This document shows, piece by piece, positions 47,748 to 60,020 of a DNA stretch of 64,000 nucleotides; position 1 is the first letter of the stretch, and each line of letters begins with the position of its first letter. The translations under genes and the position numbers were made by a program. The DNA comes from Felis catus (lineage: Eukaryota): assembly GCF_018350175.1 (NCBI RefSeq), contig NC_058368.1, positions 93,932,001 to 93,996,000 of the forward strand, in the 5' to 3' direction. The notes below the pieces were generated by a model, which did no database searches, was not told where the DNA came from, and saw nothing but the letters and a program-made list of their open reading frames with translations.

Positions 47748-47830
47748 GTGTCTCCCTCTCTCTCTGCCCCTCCCCTGTTCACGCTCTGTCTCTGTCTCAA
47801 GAATAAATAAACATTAAAAAAGAAATTTAA
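47748..47830 (+). mobile_element. Can-SINE 3' half only
   Basis: gtgtctccctctctctctgcccctcccc...aataaataaacattaaaaa without a head. Confidence 0.88.
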
Positions 47831-48265
47831 ACATTGTCAGAGTCTCCTCCATTTTCCTCAAGCTTCACACTTCAAAATCTCGCACAGAAAAGCCTTCCCA
47901 ACAACCAACCCTAAAACACTAGGCAGACAGTCAGGGACCAGGACACCAGCAGAAATTTCACATGACACTCAAGGGCAGAGGGATGCACAGACAAACGATC
48001 ACCACTGGAAGGTGGCATCTCAGAGGAACACCGCACTGACTCAGGCTCATGCTGCCGGGCAAGCTCTGTGGGTCCCCCTGCTCTTGTCCCTGCTACAGTC
48101 TTCAAGTGCCGGGGCTTTGGCTCTCCAAGAGGAGTAGTTTAGGAACCCTGCCCACTCAGGCTCCGGTAGGTTCCTTTCCACACTACATGAAGAGCAGGTG
48201 TGTTCACACAGCACTCGCTCCCAACAGAGGCTCTCAAGCCCTGCATAAGAACATTAACTGCGGAT

Positions 48266-48468
48266 GGGGCGCCGGGGTGGCTCAATCGGTGAAGTGTCCA
48301 ACATCGGTTCAGGTCATGATCTCACGGTTTGTGGGTTCGAACCCCACATCAGGTTCTTTGCTGTCAGCTTGGAGCCTGCTTCGGATCTTCTGTTTCCCTC
48401 TCTGTCTCTACCTCCCCTGCTCACTCTCTCTCTCTCTCTCTCTGTCTCTCAAAACTAAGTGAACAACT
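48266..48468 (+). mobile_element. Can-SINE
   Basis: outer TSD aagaacattaactgc / aagaatattaacggc encloses this SINE and the next. Confidence 0.94.
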
Positions 48469-48686
48469 GGGGCACCTGGGTGGCTCAGTTGGTTAAGCGC
48501 CTGACTCTTGATTTCTGCTCAGGTCATGATCTCACAGTGTGTGAGTTCGAGCCCCATGTTGGGCTCTGTGCTGCCAGTGCGGAGCCTGCTTGGGATTCTC
48601 TCTACCACTCCCCTGCAAGCGCACTCTCTGTCTGTCTCAAAATAAATGAATGAACTTAAAAAAAAAATTAACAATTAAAACAAAAA
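48469..48686 (+). mobile_element. Can-SINE in the tail of the previous SINE
   Basis: second full head. Confidence 0.95.
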
Positions 48687-49118
48687 AGAATATTAACGGC
48701 AGAAGCCAAAGTGATGTCCAACTGGCTTCTTTTGGCTGTCCAGGACCAAGCGAGTCCTAGATGAATAAACACACGCCTTGTGTGTGGAGAGCAGAAAAGC
48801 AGCTGGCTTGGGTAAAATGCAGCCAGGCAGTGTCTACACTGGGATAGGTGACTGAGAAAGGAATTTTTATCACCTTCGCCTTCAGCCTGCCTGTTAAGTG
48901 GTTGTTTTTCAGATCTCCTTCCATTTATTGATCTTTTATTCCTCGCCTATTAAAAAAAAAAATGAGGAAGTTTATGATAAAAGTCCCAAATCCAATTTAC
49001 TCATCAAAATAAAAATGAATGAATGAGGGGTCTGGATTGGAAAATACTGAATTATAAAATCTAAGCTACAGAAAGCCATTGCAATCAGTTCCCAGATTAG
49101 CTCTTTGCTCCCGGTAGC

Positions 49119-49119
<1 letters not shown>

Positions 49120-49166
<47 letters not shown>
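49120..49166. repeat. Pure A47 homopolymer
   Basis: uninterrupted A run. Confidence 0.97.
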
Positions 49167-49169
<3 letters not shown>

Positions 49170-49176
49170 TATTAAT

Positions 49177-49404
49177 TTAGTTTAATTTTTAATTTTTTTA
49201 ATGTTTATTCATTTTTGAGAGAGACAGAGAGACAGGGCAGGAGTAGGGGAGGGACAGAGAGAGAGAGGCAGACACAGAATCCGAAGCAGGCTCCAGGCTG
49301 AGCTGTCACCACAGAGCCCGACACAGGGCTTGAACCCATGAACTGTGAGATCATGACCTGAGCCAAAGTCAGATGCTTAACCAACTGAGCCACCCAGGTG
49401 CCCC
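49177..49404 (-). mobile_element. Can-SINE
   Basis: TSD atactat(t/c)aattt. Confidence 0.95.
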
Positions 49405-49693
49405 GGATACTATCAATTTTAAAACTGCTATCTAACAAAAGGAGTTCTGTCCATGAACAGAAACAAAAATGTCCCCTTACTTCTAAAATGACCCTTCCAC
49501 ATCTTGGGTTTTCCCAATGTGATGAAATCAGAGTCAGAGATGTGCACCTGCTCTTGGAAATTCATACCAGCAACACCGGAGGGTCAGAAAGCCACTGTCC
49601 TGCTCCTGGACTTTACATATACCTCTCTGCGGGGAATGTGTGATGACAGTGAAATTGACAAGTTTATTTCTGGGATAAAAATGAATTAGTGGA

Positions 49694-49777
49694 GGGGAGC
49701 CTGAGTGGCTCAGTCAGTTAAGCATACGACTTCCACTCAGGTCATGATCTTACGGACTGTGGGTTCGAGCCCATGCA
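49694..49777 (+). mobile_element. Can-SINE tRNA-like head only (3'-truncated)
   Basis: ggggagcctgagtggctcag...gggttcgagccc, then unrelated sequence. Confidence 0.85.
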
Positions 49778-50688
49778 GGAAGGATTTTCAAAGAGGAGAG
49801 ACAATGAGACAAAGAACTTCGTGTATTTAGAAACAGGTGAGGAATAAAACTTTGTGTGACTTTCTAATGTCCTTAATATAGTACTTTCTTTCCCTTCTGC
49901 TCCCCTGGGAGTGATTTAGAGGTGCTACTCTGCCACATGCTAGTTCCATAAGTTTGCAGCTGGTATCTTTCTGCCTTGATGTATTATTCACCTATGAAAT
50001 GAGGTAGTAATACTGATACCAATGTCGTTGTGGTTTTAAATGAGGTAATACACATCAGGAGGGATCTTAAAATTATTCTGCACAAGTTGGCTATTATGTA
50101 TGTGAAATTCCGGTCCTAATTAATTCCATTATGCTGCAATTTCCTTGAGGACAGGGTCTGGGTCCTGTTCACTGCTCTGCTGAGACTCCAGACTAAGCAC
50201 GTGGTTGGTGTTGAGCAAATATTGGTTAAATGTATGGAGGGACAAGATATTTCCATTTTCCTGCAAGTTCCTAATGTATCCGGGATAATGAGGAGTAAAA
50301 CCTTAAAGAAGAAGTAAGTAGACTCAATAAGAAAACGAGTCTCTGTGTTTCGTTGCACGCTGGGTCCAACCTGGATGGAATTATCATTATAGTGTGTAAA
50401 GCTGGTGCTTAAGACATGGGCACTAGTGACCCATCACGAACTTCCTGTAGGGCAATTTGGCAAAGGGCACAAAATCCTCAAAAACAATCACAACTTGACC
50501 CAAAACTGCACGTCAAGGAAGTTATGAGAGACATCCAAAGATGTGGGCAAACATATAACCATAAGGATGTTACCCAACAGGAAAACCAGCTACTACTTTC
50601 TGACTCAACAACAGAGACTGGCAAAATAAATCATCTATATCTAGACAACAGGACACAATGCGGCCAACCTTTAAAATGACTGTATAGA

Positions 50689-50796
50689 GGGGCGCCTGGG
50701 TGGCTCAGTCTGTTAAGCGTCCGACTTCGGCTCAGGTCATGATCTCGCAGTTTGTGAGTTCGAGCCCCGCGTCAGGCTCTGAGCCTGGAGCCTGCT

Positions 50797-50833
<37 letters not shown>

Positions 50834-50915
50834 GCCCCTATCCCACTCATACTCTCTCTCTCTCTCTCTCTCTCAAAAATAAATAGACATTTTAAAAAAT
50901 TAAAATAATAATAAT
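50689..50915 (+). mobile_element. Can-SINE inside an old L1M relic
   Basis: TSD aaaatgactgtataga / aaaattattgtataga. Confidence 0.95.
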
Positions 50916-52209
50916 AAAATTATTGTATAGAAGTGTATTTGTTAACATGGAAAGATGTCTGGACATACTCAATTAAAGGGAAAAAAAAAAAAAGGATTGC
51001 CCAGCAATAAACACACAATGAAGGAAATACACGTAACAAAATGCCAACAAAGATGACCCCTGGGATTATTCCTGCTTCTCATTTTGCTGTTCCTGAATTT
51101 TCTCCTGATTCTATAAAAGGCATGAATTCTTTGTGTGGTTTTAAGAAAAGTTGACAACAGAAAAGGAAAGGAAACATAGTCTCAGATACGCTTTGAGGAA
51201 TTTTGGGATGCTTGGAAAACACATGAGAAGTTCCAGAGAACAAAGCCCTATATTTATACACCAGCTAGGCAAATTGAAAGCTGAGGGGGAGCTTAAAAGA
51301 TGTCAAAACAACTGATCAGCTGGCTGTTTTTTGTCCACTAAGGCATTTGGTTAAGGAAAATACCGCTGCTCTCTGCCTCCTGCATCCCCAGCCAATGCCA
51401 CGCTGACCTCAGGCTGTCTCACTTAGAAACCCAGCTACCAGTGTCGGCCCCTTTTCTTCTCCTTTTGAGGTCTGGGCATCTGCACGAAGCAAAGGGAGGA
51501 AACGTCCACACTCTGAGTCACTCTGCCACGTTCCCAGCAGGAGACCATCGCACCTCCTTCCCTCCTCCCAGAGGAGACCACCCACAGCCAGTGCCCCCCA
51601 GCCACGAGTATGCTCCAGGGTCCAACACAGAGGGACTGCTGGATATCAGTGGACAGTAATTTCCTCCGGTTTAGTAACTAACCACCACCACCACCACCAC
51701 CCCCCCCCCCCCGCCCCCAGAACAATCTGAGGACTGGATTTTTAAACTGTGTTACACACACACACACAAAAAGTGCTCACACAGTAAGAGCAGACAAGGA
51801 AGTATCAGTTCTGGTTTTTCAAAGTTGCTACACTTTCCGGTTGAAAATTGCTTCATTATCTACAATATCCTGCCTGCCTCGCCTCTCTGCCTCTCCAGCT
51901 CTCCTGCTTTACTGACAGTGCTAAATCCCCCCATGCTTCCAGAGTATAGAAGCCTGTTCAAAAATCCATGCCACAGCTGTAGTATTGAAACCCTCCATAG
52001 CTTGTCCTTTCTCTGAAAATGCTTTCTGGTTGCTGTGCCTCCAACAACCTCCAAGCTCATCATGTGCCCAAATTTTGGGTTGTTCGGGGGGATCTGGGAC
52101 GCTAGCAATCCCAAGGAAGACCTAGACCAAGTTTCCCCGAGAATAAAGGCCCTTCAACACGAACATCACACTGGACCCAAAGTCTGTGGTTATTATTATT
52201 ATTAGACGT

Positions 52210-52420
52210 GTATTTTTTAAAGTGTCTATTTAAATGCCAGTATAGTTAACATGCAGGGTAATATTAGTTTCAGGTGTACAATGTAGTGACTCAACACTTC
52301 CATCCATCACCCAGTGCTCATCATGACAAACTATGCATCTTAATCCCCATCACCTATTATTTAACCCATCCCTTAGTCACCTGCCCTCTGGTAACCCTCG
52401 GTTTGTTCTCTAAAGTTCTG
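52210..52420 (-). mobile_element. Carnivore L1 3' end
   Basis: ccagtatagttaacatgcagggtaatattagtttcaggtgtacaa...catcacccagtgctcatca. Confidence 0.85.
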
Positions 52421-52964
52421 TTTTTACAAGGCTCTGGAGAACCAGGCTCAGTTCCTTCTGAGCACGAAAATGCTGTTCAGAGGACAAGCCCAAAGGCAAG
52501 ACTTTGGAGACCATATGTTGGGCCCTTGATTACTTTCCTACACTCTACAGGGGAAAGGGAAGAAGATAAGGAAGAACAAGATAGCATTTGTTGTTGGCGT
52601 TTGGGGATGAAAAGTACTTTGTTCTAGAAGGTGTGGTCTTAAAGCACAGGTTTAACAAACACAGTATTAGGAAAGTCCACTTGTTGGGTGGATGTCTGTT
52701 GGCGCTCTTTGAGTTCCAAATGAGAAAAAGCCCAAGACCCGCGGGCTTGAGCCAAGGGGAATTTGTTATCTCAAACGTCAAGGCTGGGTCTGCCTGGATA
52801 CGGAATTCAGATCAAACGATGCCAGGGATCAGTCGCTCTCTCTCTTGCTAAGCGTTCATCTAATTTCCTCTGGGTTGGCTTCACTTTTCAGTGCGCTCCC
52901 ATGTTGAACTCACAAAGAATCCTGGCTTTCACCCAAGTACACCAAAGAAAGAGAGCTTCTGTCC

Positions 52965-53170
52965 TTTTTATTTATTTATTTATTTATTTATTTATTTTCA
53001 TTTTTAGAGAGAGAGAGCATGAGCAGGGGAGAGGGGTAGAGGGAGAAAGAGACTCTTAAGCAGTCCCCGTGCTCAGCACAGGCCTGACATGGGGCTGGAT
53101 CCCACAAACCACAAGATCAGGACCTGAGCCAAAGTTGGACGCTCAAGTGACTGAGCCACCCAGGCGCCCC
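52965..53170 (-). mobile_element. Can-SINE (older)
   Basis: (ttta)n tail; ends caggcgcccc. Confidence 0.92.
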
Positions 53171-53513
53171 ATTGCAATTTTTGTCTTTTTTCTGATCACC
53201 CATGGCTTTCTTTGGCTTCCTGCCTGGGACATTTTCCTAGACGATGGTCACTACTTAGCATCCCCGAAATCTCTCTATTTTCCCTTCTACCCAAACCTTT
53301 ATGCACCCTTACTAATAGCCTTTTAAATGTGCCTCAAACTTCTCATTATAGGACAGTGATAAATACAGATGTATTATTTTTAGTTATTTTGTATTTAATC
53401 TATTTTCCACAGCCCTCAGGTACCGGCACTGAATTAGCATCTGAAAAATGCTCACTAAGCACACAGTAGTGCTTATTCTAAATGCTAAATAGAACGTGTG
53501 ATTTCAGTAAATA

Positions 53514-54186
53514 CAGGTACACATCAGAGATATTTCAGGTTCAGTTCCAGACCAGACAATAAAGCCAACATTACAATAAAGTGAATCAAGCAAATTTTTG
53601 GTTTCCCCGTGCATATTAAAAAATTTTTTTAATCTTTATTTTTGAGAGAGAGAGAAACAGAGTGTGAGTGGGGGGAGATGCACAGAGAGAAGGAGACATA
53701 GAATCCGAAGCAGGCTCCAAGCTCTGAGATGTCAGCACAGAGCCGGATACGGGGCTCGAACTGACGAACCGCGAGATCATGACCTGAGCTGAAGTTGGAA
53801 ACCCGTGTATATTAAAGTTATGTTTGCACTGTTCTGTGGTCTATTAAGCGTGTACTAGCATCGTGTCTAAAAAAAAAAAAAACAAAACAGTGTACATGCC
53901 TTAATTAAAAAGTACTTCACTGCGAAAAAATGCTAAACATCATCTGAACTTTCGGGGAGTCGTAATCACTCATCACAGATCACTGTAACAAGTACAATCA
54001 TAATGAAAACGTTTGGAATATTGCAAGAATTACCAAAATGTGACACAGACATGCAACGAGCAAATGTTGGGAAAATGACGCCGACAGGCTTGCTCGACGG
54101 AGGGTTGCCACAGATTTTTAATTTGTAAAAAACGCACTGTCTGTGAAGTTCGATAAAGTAAAGCACAATAAAATGAAGGGTGTCTG
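53514..54186 (-). mobile_element. Tigger1-derived MITE (Tigger1a-type), both ends present, split by a SINE
   Basis: ta|caggtacacatcagagatatt...ttccagacc ... gggttgccaca...tttgtaaaaaacgca...cacaataaaatgaagggtgtctg. Confidence 0.9.
53620..53800 (-). mobile_element. Can-SINE, 5'-truncated
   Basis: TSD cccgtg(c/t)atattaaa. Confidence 0.93.
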
Positions 54187-54485
54187 TCTTTGCTGCGGTC
54201 CCACCATGTGCACCGTGTGGGGCCACAGAGATGCCTCAGACCCAGTTCCTGCCCTCAGAGAGCGGACTCCAATTTGGGAGTAAGGACTTGCTGCTAAGAA
54301 AACATTATACACATAAACACTTTGGAAATAAATATTCAAGTAATGAAGTCCTAGAAACAATGGTGGATTTCTAAAGCTTTGAAGTAGATGCCACTGAAAA
54401 AAAAAACCATCAAAAGGTGAATTTTCTTTAACAACTTCTAATATTTTATTATTATTCTTTTAAAGTTTTTTTTTTTTTTTTTAAT

Positions 54486-54700
54486 GGGGAGCCTGGGTGG
54501 CTCAGTTGGTCAAGCATCCGACGTCGGCTCAGTTATGATCTCACAGTTCGGGAGTTCGAGCCCCATGTCGGGCTCTGTGCTGACAGCTCAGAGCCTGGAA
54601 CCTGCTTCAGATTTTGTGTCTCCCTTTCTCCCTGTCCCTCCCCCACTTGTGTTCTGTCTCTCTCTGTGTCTCAAAAGTAAATAAATGTAAAAAAATTTTT
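54486..54700 (+). mobile_element. Can-SINE
   Basis: canonical head, body and tail. Confidence 0.95.
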
Positions 54701-54741
54701 TCTTAAGTTTTTTTTAATACGAAGCTGCAAACTACTTAGTA

Positions 54742-54949
54742 TTTTTTTAATGTTTATTTATTTACTTTGAGAGAGAGAGAGGGAGAGCACAAGAGGGGGA
54801 GAAGCAGAGAGAAGGAGAGACAGAATACCAAGCAGGCTCCATGCCATCAGCACAAGAGCCCAGTGCAGGGCTCAAACTCACAAACCGTGAGATCATGACC
54901 TGAGCTGAGATGAAGAGTCAGAAGCTTAATTGAGCCACTCAGGCACCCC
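54742..54949 (-). mobile_element. Can-SINE
   Basis: reverse SINE; TSD tatttttt. Confidence 0.94.
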
Positions 54950-54951
54950 TA

Positions 54952-55163
54952 TTTTTTTGAAGTTTTATTTATTTATTTTGAGAGAGAGAGAAAGAGACAG
55001 AGGGGGAGCGGGGGAGGGGCAGAGAGAGAGAGGGAGAGAGAGAATCCCAAGCAGGCTCCACACTGTCAGCCCCGAGCCTGACATGAGACTCGAACTCATG
55101 AAGTGAAAGATCATGACCTGAGCCAAAGTCAGACGCTAACTGACTGAGTCACCCACGTGCCCC
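54952..55163 (-). mobile_element. Can-SINE
   Basis: reverse SINE ending gtgcccc. Confidence 0.94.
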
Positions 55164-55807
55164 ATCAGCCTCAATAGTTTAAATGTCCGAGATTCTATCA
55201 TTTTTCCAGAACAGATGGGTGATATTGCCTCAGTTCACACCACAAGGGGCCTCATACACACTGGTGAGAAGGCCCAGCCCTCCAGTCCAAGTTCCTACTA
55301 TGCACCACTCTCCCTCCACAAGAGATGCTCTCAGCCACCCCTAGGGCCTGGGGGTGCACACACCAGTGGCTTGACCACTTTGGGACCCTTTGAGCAGGGG
55401 ACCCAGGGTATGTCTAGAAAGGAGGATATGGGCTCTGGGTGGGCAGAGGTGAAGCCAGAGGACCCAAAATAGGGCCTTCCAAAACCTAGGGGGCCTTTGT
55501 GCCCAAGTCTAGGGGACACTGCACTTACAGCAAAGGCCTGCCATTCAGCAAGACTCATCAGGGCTGCCCGGCACCACACTGCAGGCATGCACCTCCACTG
55601 CCAACCCAGCCACACCTCTCTCAAAAGGCCAGGCCCAAGTGACACCATCCAGAGGCCACGCCCAAGTAACCTGTCTGCCCCAAGCCTATTTCAGGAAGAA
55701 GAGGCCCCACCTGGGCCCCTGGGCTTCCTCCTAAGGCCCCAGACAGAAGCAGAAAGGGAATCTACAAAAGACACTCAGGGTGTCTCGGGCAAAGGTGATT
55801 AGTCAGA

Positions 55808-56030
55808 TTGGCTCATTCGGTTACCCATCTGACTCTTGACTTCGGTTCAGGTCATGATCTCACTGTTCGTGGCTTTGAGCCCTGTGTCAGGCTCTGCACT
55901 TGACAGCGTGAAGCCTGCTTGGGATTCTCTCTCTCTCCTTCCCTCTATCTCTCTGCCTCTCCTCTCTTTGCCCTTCCCTCTCTCTCTCAAAATAAATAAA
56001 CTTAAAAGAAAAAGAAAAGAAAAAGAAAAA
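55808..56030 (+). mobile_element. Can-SINE, 5' end degraded
   Basis: tggctcattcggtta...caggtcatgatctc...gcctgcttgggattctctc. Confidence 0.9.
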
Positions 56031-56333
56031 AAAAACCCATAAGTCAGAGAAGATATATTTACAGTACTGTACTCCACCGTATTTATTGAAACAAATATGT
56101 GTAAATGGGTGATGAGCACGGAGAAGGGCACTTGCTGGGATGAGCACTAGGTGCTGTATGTAAGCAATGAATCATGGGAATCTACCCCAAAACCAAGAGC
56201 ACACTGTATACCCTATAGGTTAGCCAACCTGATAATAAATTATATTAAAAAAAAAAAAAAAAAGAAAGATAAGGGACAAATGGGTATAAGTGGACCCACA
56301 AACTTCAAACCCATATCGTTCAAGGGTCAGCTG
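56031..56333 (-). mobile_element. Tigger2-derived MITE half, split by an L1 3' end
   Basis: tatatttacagtactgtac...tatttattgaaa ... tataagtggacccac...ttcaaaccc...gttcaagggtcagctg|ta. Confidence 0.85.
56103..56270 (+). mobile_element. Felid L1 extreme 3' end
   Basis: aaatgggtgatgagcacggagaagggcacttgctgggatgagcac...gaatctacccc; degraded TSD acaaatatgtgtaa / acaaatgggtataa. Confidence 0.9.
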
Positions 56334-56845
56334 TACATTTCTACTTGTTTATGCTTAAAGTGTCTCAGACGGGTGTACAAATAATCTAATAAAAGTGGTG
56401 GCAGGGACTGGTGTGGGGGGCGGTGAGGGGGGATGTGGAGGGGGGGAAATGGGGCTGGAGAAGGAGGGACACTTTCCAACAATTTCTCTGGTGCATTTCT
56501 TCCTGAAAGAAAAGTGTTATGAAAGCAAACAAAAGTGGGGACGTACTTAGCTTATGATATTACCTTGTGGATCCACAAAAGAATGAAACACGTCCACGTA
56601 TTATTCAAATAATTCAATAATTGAAGAGTGATTCAGTGATACAAAGAATGTGAATATTCCTACAGTTCTACGGATAACTGTAAAAGGCAAAATGGAGAAA
56701 TGCATTTCATAGTGAAACCAATAGGAAAGGAACTTGCGGTGCTGGGGAGATAAACAAAGATGCCTGGACCCCTTTTTCGAGAACACAAGCCTTTCACTCC
56801 ACCCTCTTAGGGGCAAAGCTGTGTGCAAATGGGATATTTTTAAAA

Positions 56846-57041
56846 ACATTTTTTAACACTGATTTATTTTTGAGAGACAGAGCATGAGCAAGAGAGAGAG
56901 AGGGAGACACGGAATCCGAAGCAGGCTCCAGGCTCTGAGCTGTCAGCACAGAGCCTGATGAGGGGCTCAAACCCACAAACTGTGAGATCACGACCTGAGC
57001 TGAAGTCAGATGCTTAACTTACTGAGCCACCCAGGCGCCTC
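56846..57041 (-). mobile_element. Can-SINE
   Basis: 20-bp TSD caaatgggatatttttaaaa. Confidence 0.96.
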
Positions 57042-57829
57042 CAAATGGGATATTTTTAAAAGAAATCATTGGGAAATCCTGAATGGCCTGATTGATGTAT
57101 GCGGTTGACTGAGACCTGGAATTTGCTTCGAGAATTTGTTTCCCCTCTTTCTCTTGCTTTCTATGTACTCCTTTGTAGTACAAACACAAGGGTTGGCATT
57201 CTTTTCTAACCTTTGGAGAAACAATGAAGCACCAGCCAAGGAGATTCTAAGAAGCCAAGAAGCATAAGAAGAAAGAATCACACAAATGCTTTAGGTGACT
57301 TCTTAAAAATTTCTTGAACATGCCCCGAAGCGTGGAATTGCAGATCTGCTAAAGAGTAAGGAAATGAGGGAAAAACACAGAGGTGAACAAAAGACCCTCA
57401 TGAAAGAGAAATCAAAGCCTGTGTTCCTCCCAAAGGGAAAAGAGACTAGGAACTCCAATAATTTTTCTATTAACTAAATTCTCCTTTATAATTGCAAAAT
57501 AAAGAGTTCGGGCATGTGGTTGACATTCCAAATGTATTTAAGCAAATATATCTCTAATAGGAGAAAGGCAAGAGAGATGACCTCAGTTATCTGACAAGGG
57601 TCCTCTAACACCACTTAAAACATTGTTTTAAAAGATGTGCCCTCATCTGTTAAAAATGGAAATTGAGGAATAAAAGGGCATTTGGTGCTTTGCTCCAGAA
57701 TAAGTCATAAGTCAAGGGGGTAAAGAATGTTTTTAGAACGCCACCACAGTCACAGACATGACCACCCTGATTTTCTTAGTCACAACTTGGTCCTGAAGCT
57801 TCCTCAGGATCCCATATCGGAAACAATGA

Positions 57830-58043
57830 TTTTTTTTTTTAATGTCTATTTATTTTTGAGAGAGAGAGAGAAAGAGAGAGCGTGCAAGCAGGCAGGGGAG
57901 TGGCAGAGAGAGAGGAGGAGGACAGAGGATGTAAAGTGGCTCTGTGCTGACAGCAGTGAGCCCTATGCGGGACTCAAACTCACGAAACGCGGGATCGTGA
58001 GCCGAAGTCAGATGCCCAACCAAACAAGCCACCCAGGGGCCCC
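57830..58043 (-). mobile_element. Can-SINE
   Basis: reverse SINE consensus. Confidence 0.92.
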
Positions 58044-58289
58044 TGCAAACCATGACATCTATCCGTTGGCACAGTGGACAAGAACTGTGGGATTCTGAGG
58101 TCCAGTGTTAGCACATAGCCCCCTTGTCTCAAAGGCATCTTACCTGGTGCGTCTACCCTTCTTCATTTCACAGAAGGAAAATGCGAGTATAGAGAAAAGT
58201 GGGGAACAAAGGTAAAGCCAGCCAGGAAATAACTCACTCAAGAGTACAGCTCCCAAAAGAAAAGGGGAGGGAGGTAGCAACTTTCTTTA

Positions 58290-58440
58290 CCGACACTCCT
58301 GTATGTGGGCACTTCACAAACGTCATCTGATTTAATCTCACAAGTGCTTATTGCCGACACGTACTTTCCTCTTCCTATTTTTCATATGAGGAAACAGGTG
58401 TCAGGAGGTTAGGTACTTGCCCAACGCCACTGAGCTCCAG
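58290..58440 (-). mobile_element. MIR
   Basis: cacttcacaaacgtcatctgatttaatctcacaa...ttttcatatgaggaaacagg...ggttaggtacttgcccaa. Confidence 0.75.
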
Positions 58441-59204
58441 CAAGTGGCTCCTTTGGGAAGCTGGGCACAGGGGGAGGGGGTGCCAGGCAGTGCTGATGGC
58501 TCCTAACCTCACTTCTATTGGGGCCGACCCAATTTCACACTTGGCCTCTATTCCCTGGTGCTCAAGCTAATTTATAAGATTGCCCTACTTTTTTTTTTTT
58601 TTTTTTTTTTTTTTTAGACAGTGACTCTATTTGAAGGCTCTTCGTCACAAGGGCACAAACATCTTTTCTAAGTGAGTGCTGTCTCTGCTAATTCTAGAAG
58701 ACTGGAACAAGCAGGAGGGCAGTCTGTGACTCACCCCCTTTGGCTCCGTCTATGAAAATGGACCCCGGAGATTCCAAAGAAGAGAGATGATAAAAGGCAT
58801 GGGTCCGGGCACTCGCCTCCAGTTGGTGGCAGACATGGGAACGTGACTTCTGTCTGACCCAGAAATAAGGCTTCTACAACTGAAATCTGTTCAGACACTC
58901 ATCAGAAATATCTCTGCCTCTTTCCTCTCTCTCCCAAAGTGCTTCTGGAGCCTCAGCAGATCTCGGCTCAAATATTCCAGAACAGCCCCTCCCATTGGCA
59001 AAGGAGGACTAAAGCTGTCTAATTTTAGGGTCTGACAGTTGGCATGCAATTAAAACTGTATTTATTATGGGCTTCAGAGGAGAATAATTTATTTATGGGT
59101 AAATTAGGATCATTGCAATACAAACACGCTCCCACGGACCAGGAATTTGCTATGCTCAAACAGGGACTGTAAGAACTCTGCCATTTTTACAACATGGAGC
59201 TTAC

Positions 59205-59365
59205 CGTCGCAAAACACGCGAAAGATCCGATGTTTCTAGACTACTTTCAGCATCAGTCCCAAATGCTGAAGCAGGATTCCAGTCAAGACTATTTTTTTTT
59301 TTTAGCATTGGGAATGATCTGAGGTAATTGATCAAAGGAAACCATAAACAAGAACATTCTCCTTC
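59205..59365 (-). other. Candidate internal exon (161 nt) of an unidentified minus-strand transcript
   Basis: acceptor ttttttttcttttcag|GAAG and donor ACG|gtaagc; one frame open throughout; no recognisable protein. Confidence 0.35.
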
Positions 59366-59826
59366 CTGAAAAGAAAAAAAAAATTATATTAGTGTTACAG
59401 TTCAGAAAAGCGAACTGAGAGTGTTTTGGTTTTGATTTGCTTTCACATTTTTGCTGACCAGCAATTCAGGCTGGAATCCGTGAGTCTAATTATGCTGGCT
59501 TATTTGATGACACTGATTTGCTAAAGCAGAGAGGATCATGCTTTATTATTTAATAATGAGAACTCAAAGAAAAAGAAATAAAAGTGCTTCCAGCAGCCTA
59601 CACTCCCATTGTCCTCTTGAGAAAACAAGGTTTCTATAATATTCCTCTCTGTCGATTCAGTATTGCCTTCAGTTTCCTGTTTAAGAATCTTCCAACCTAG
59701 AGTACATCGTCACCTTCCCCAGCACCGTTTTACAAAAAGGTATAAAGCATAAAAATACATAACAGTACGAGTCCTCTCCAACTGCAACTCAAAAACTGTA
59801 TCACAATGTTCTATGCAGGGTAAGAC

Positions 59827-60020
59827 TTTTTTTTTTTTTTTTTTTTTAAGAGAGACAGACAGTGCAAGCAGGGGAGGGGCACAGGGGGAGAAAGAACCTT
59901 AAGCAGGCTCCGCACTCAGTGCAGCGCACGACTCGGGGCTCAATCCCACAACCCTGCGACCATGACCTGAGCTGGAATCACAGGTCAGACGCTTCAACTG
60001 ACTGAGCCACCCAGGTGCCC
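59827..60020 (-). mobile_element. Can-SINE (older)
   Basis: poly-T tail; ends caggtgcccc. Confidence 0.92.

Noticed and set aside
58589..58677. Poly-T ag ... TAA|gtgagt as a 54-nt + strand exon
   Set aside because: The acceptor is just a homopolymer, all three frames hit stops, and there is no partner exon
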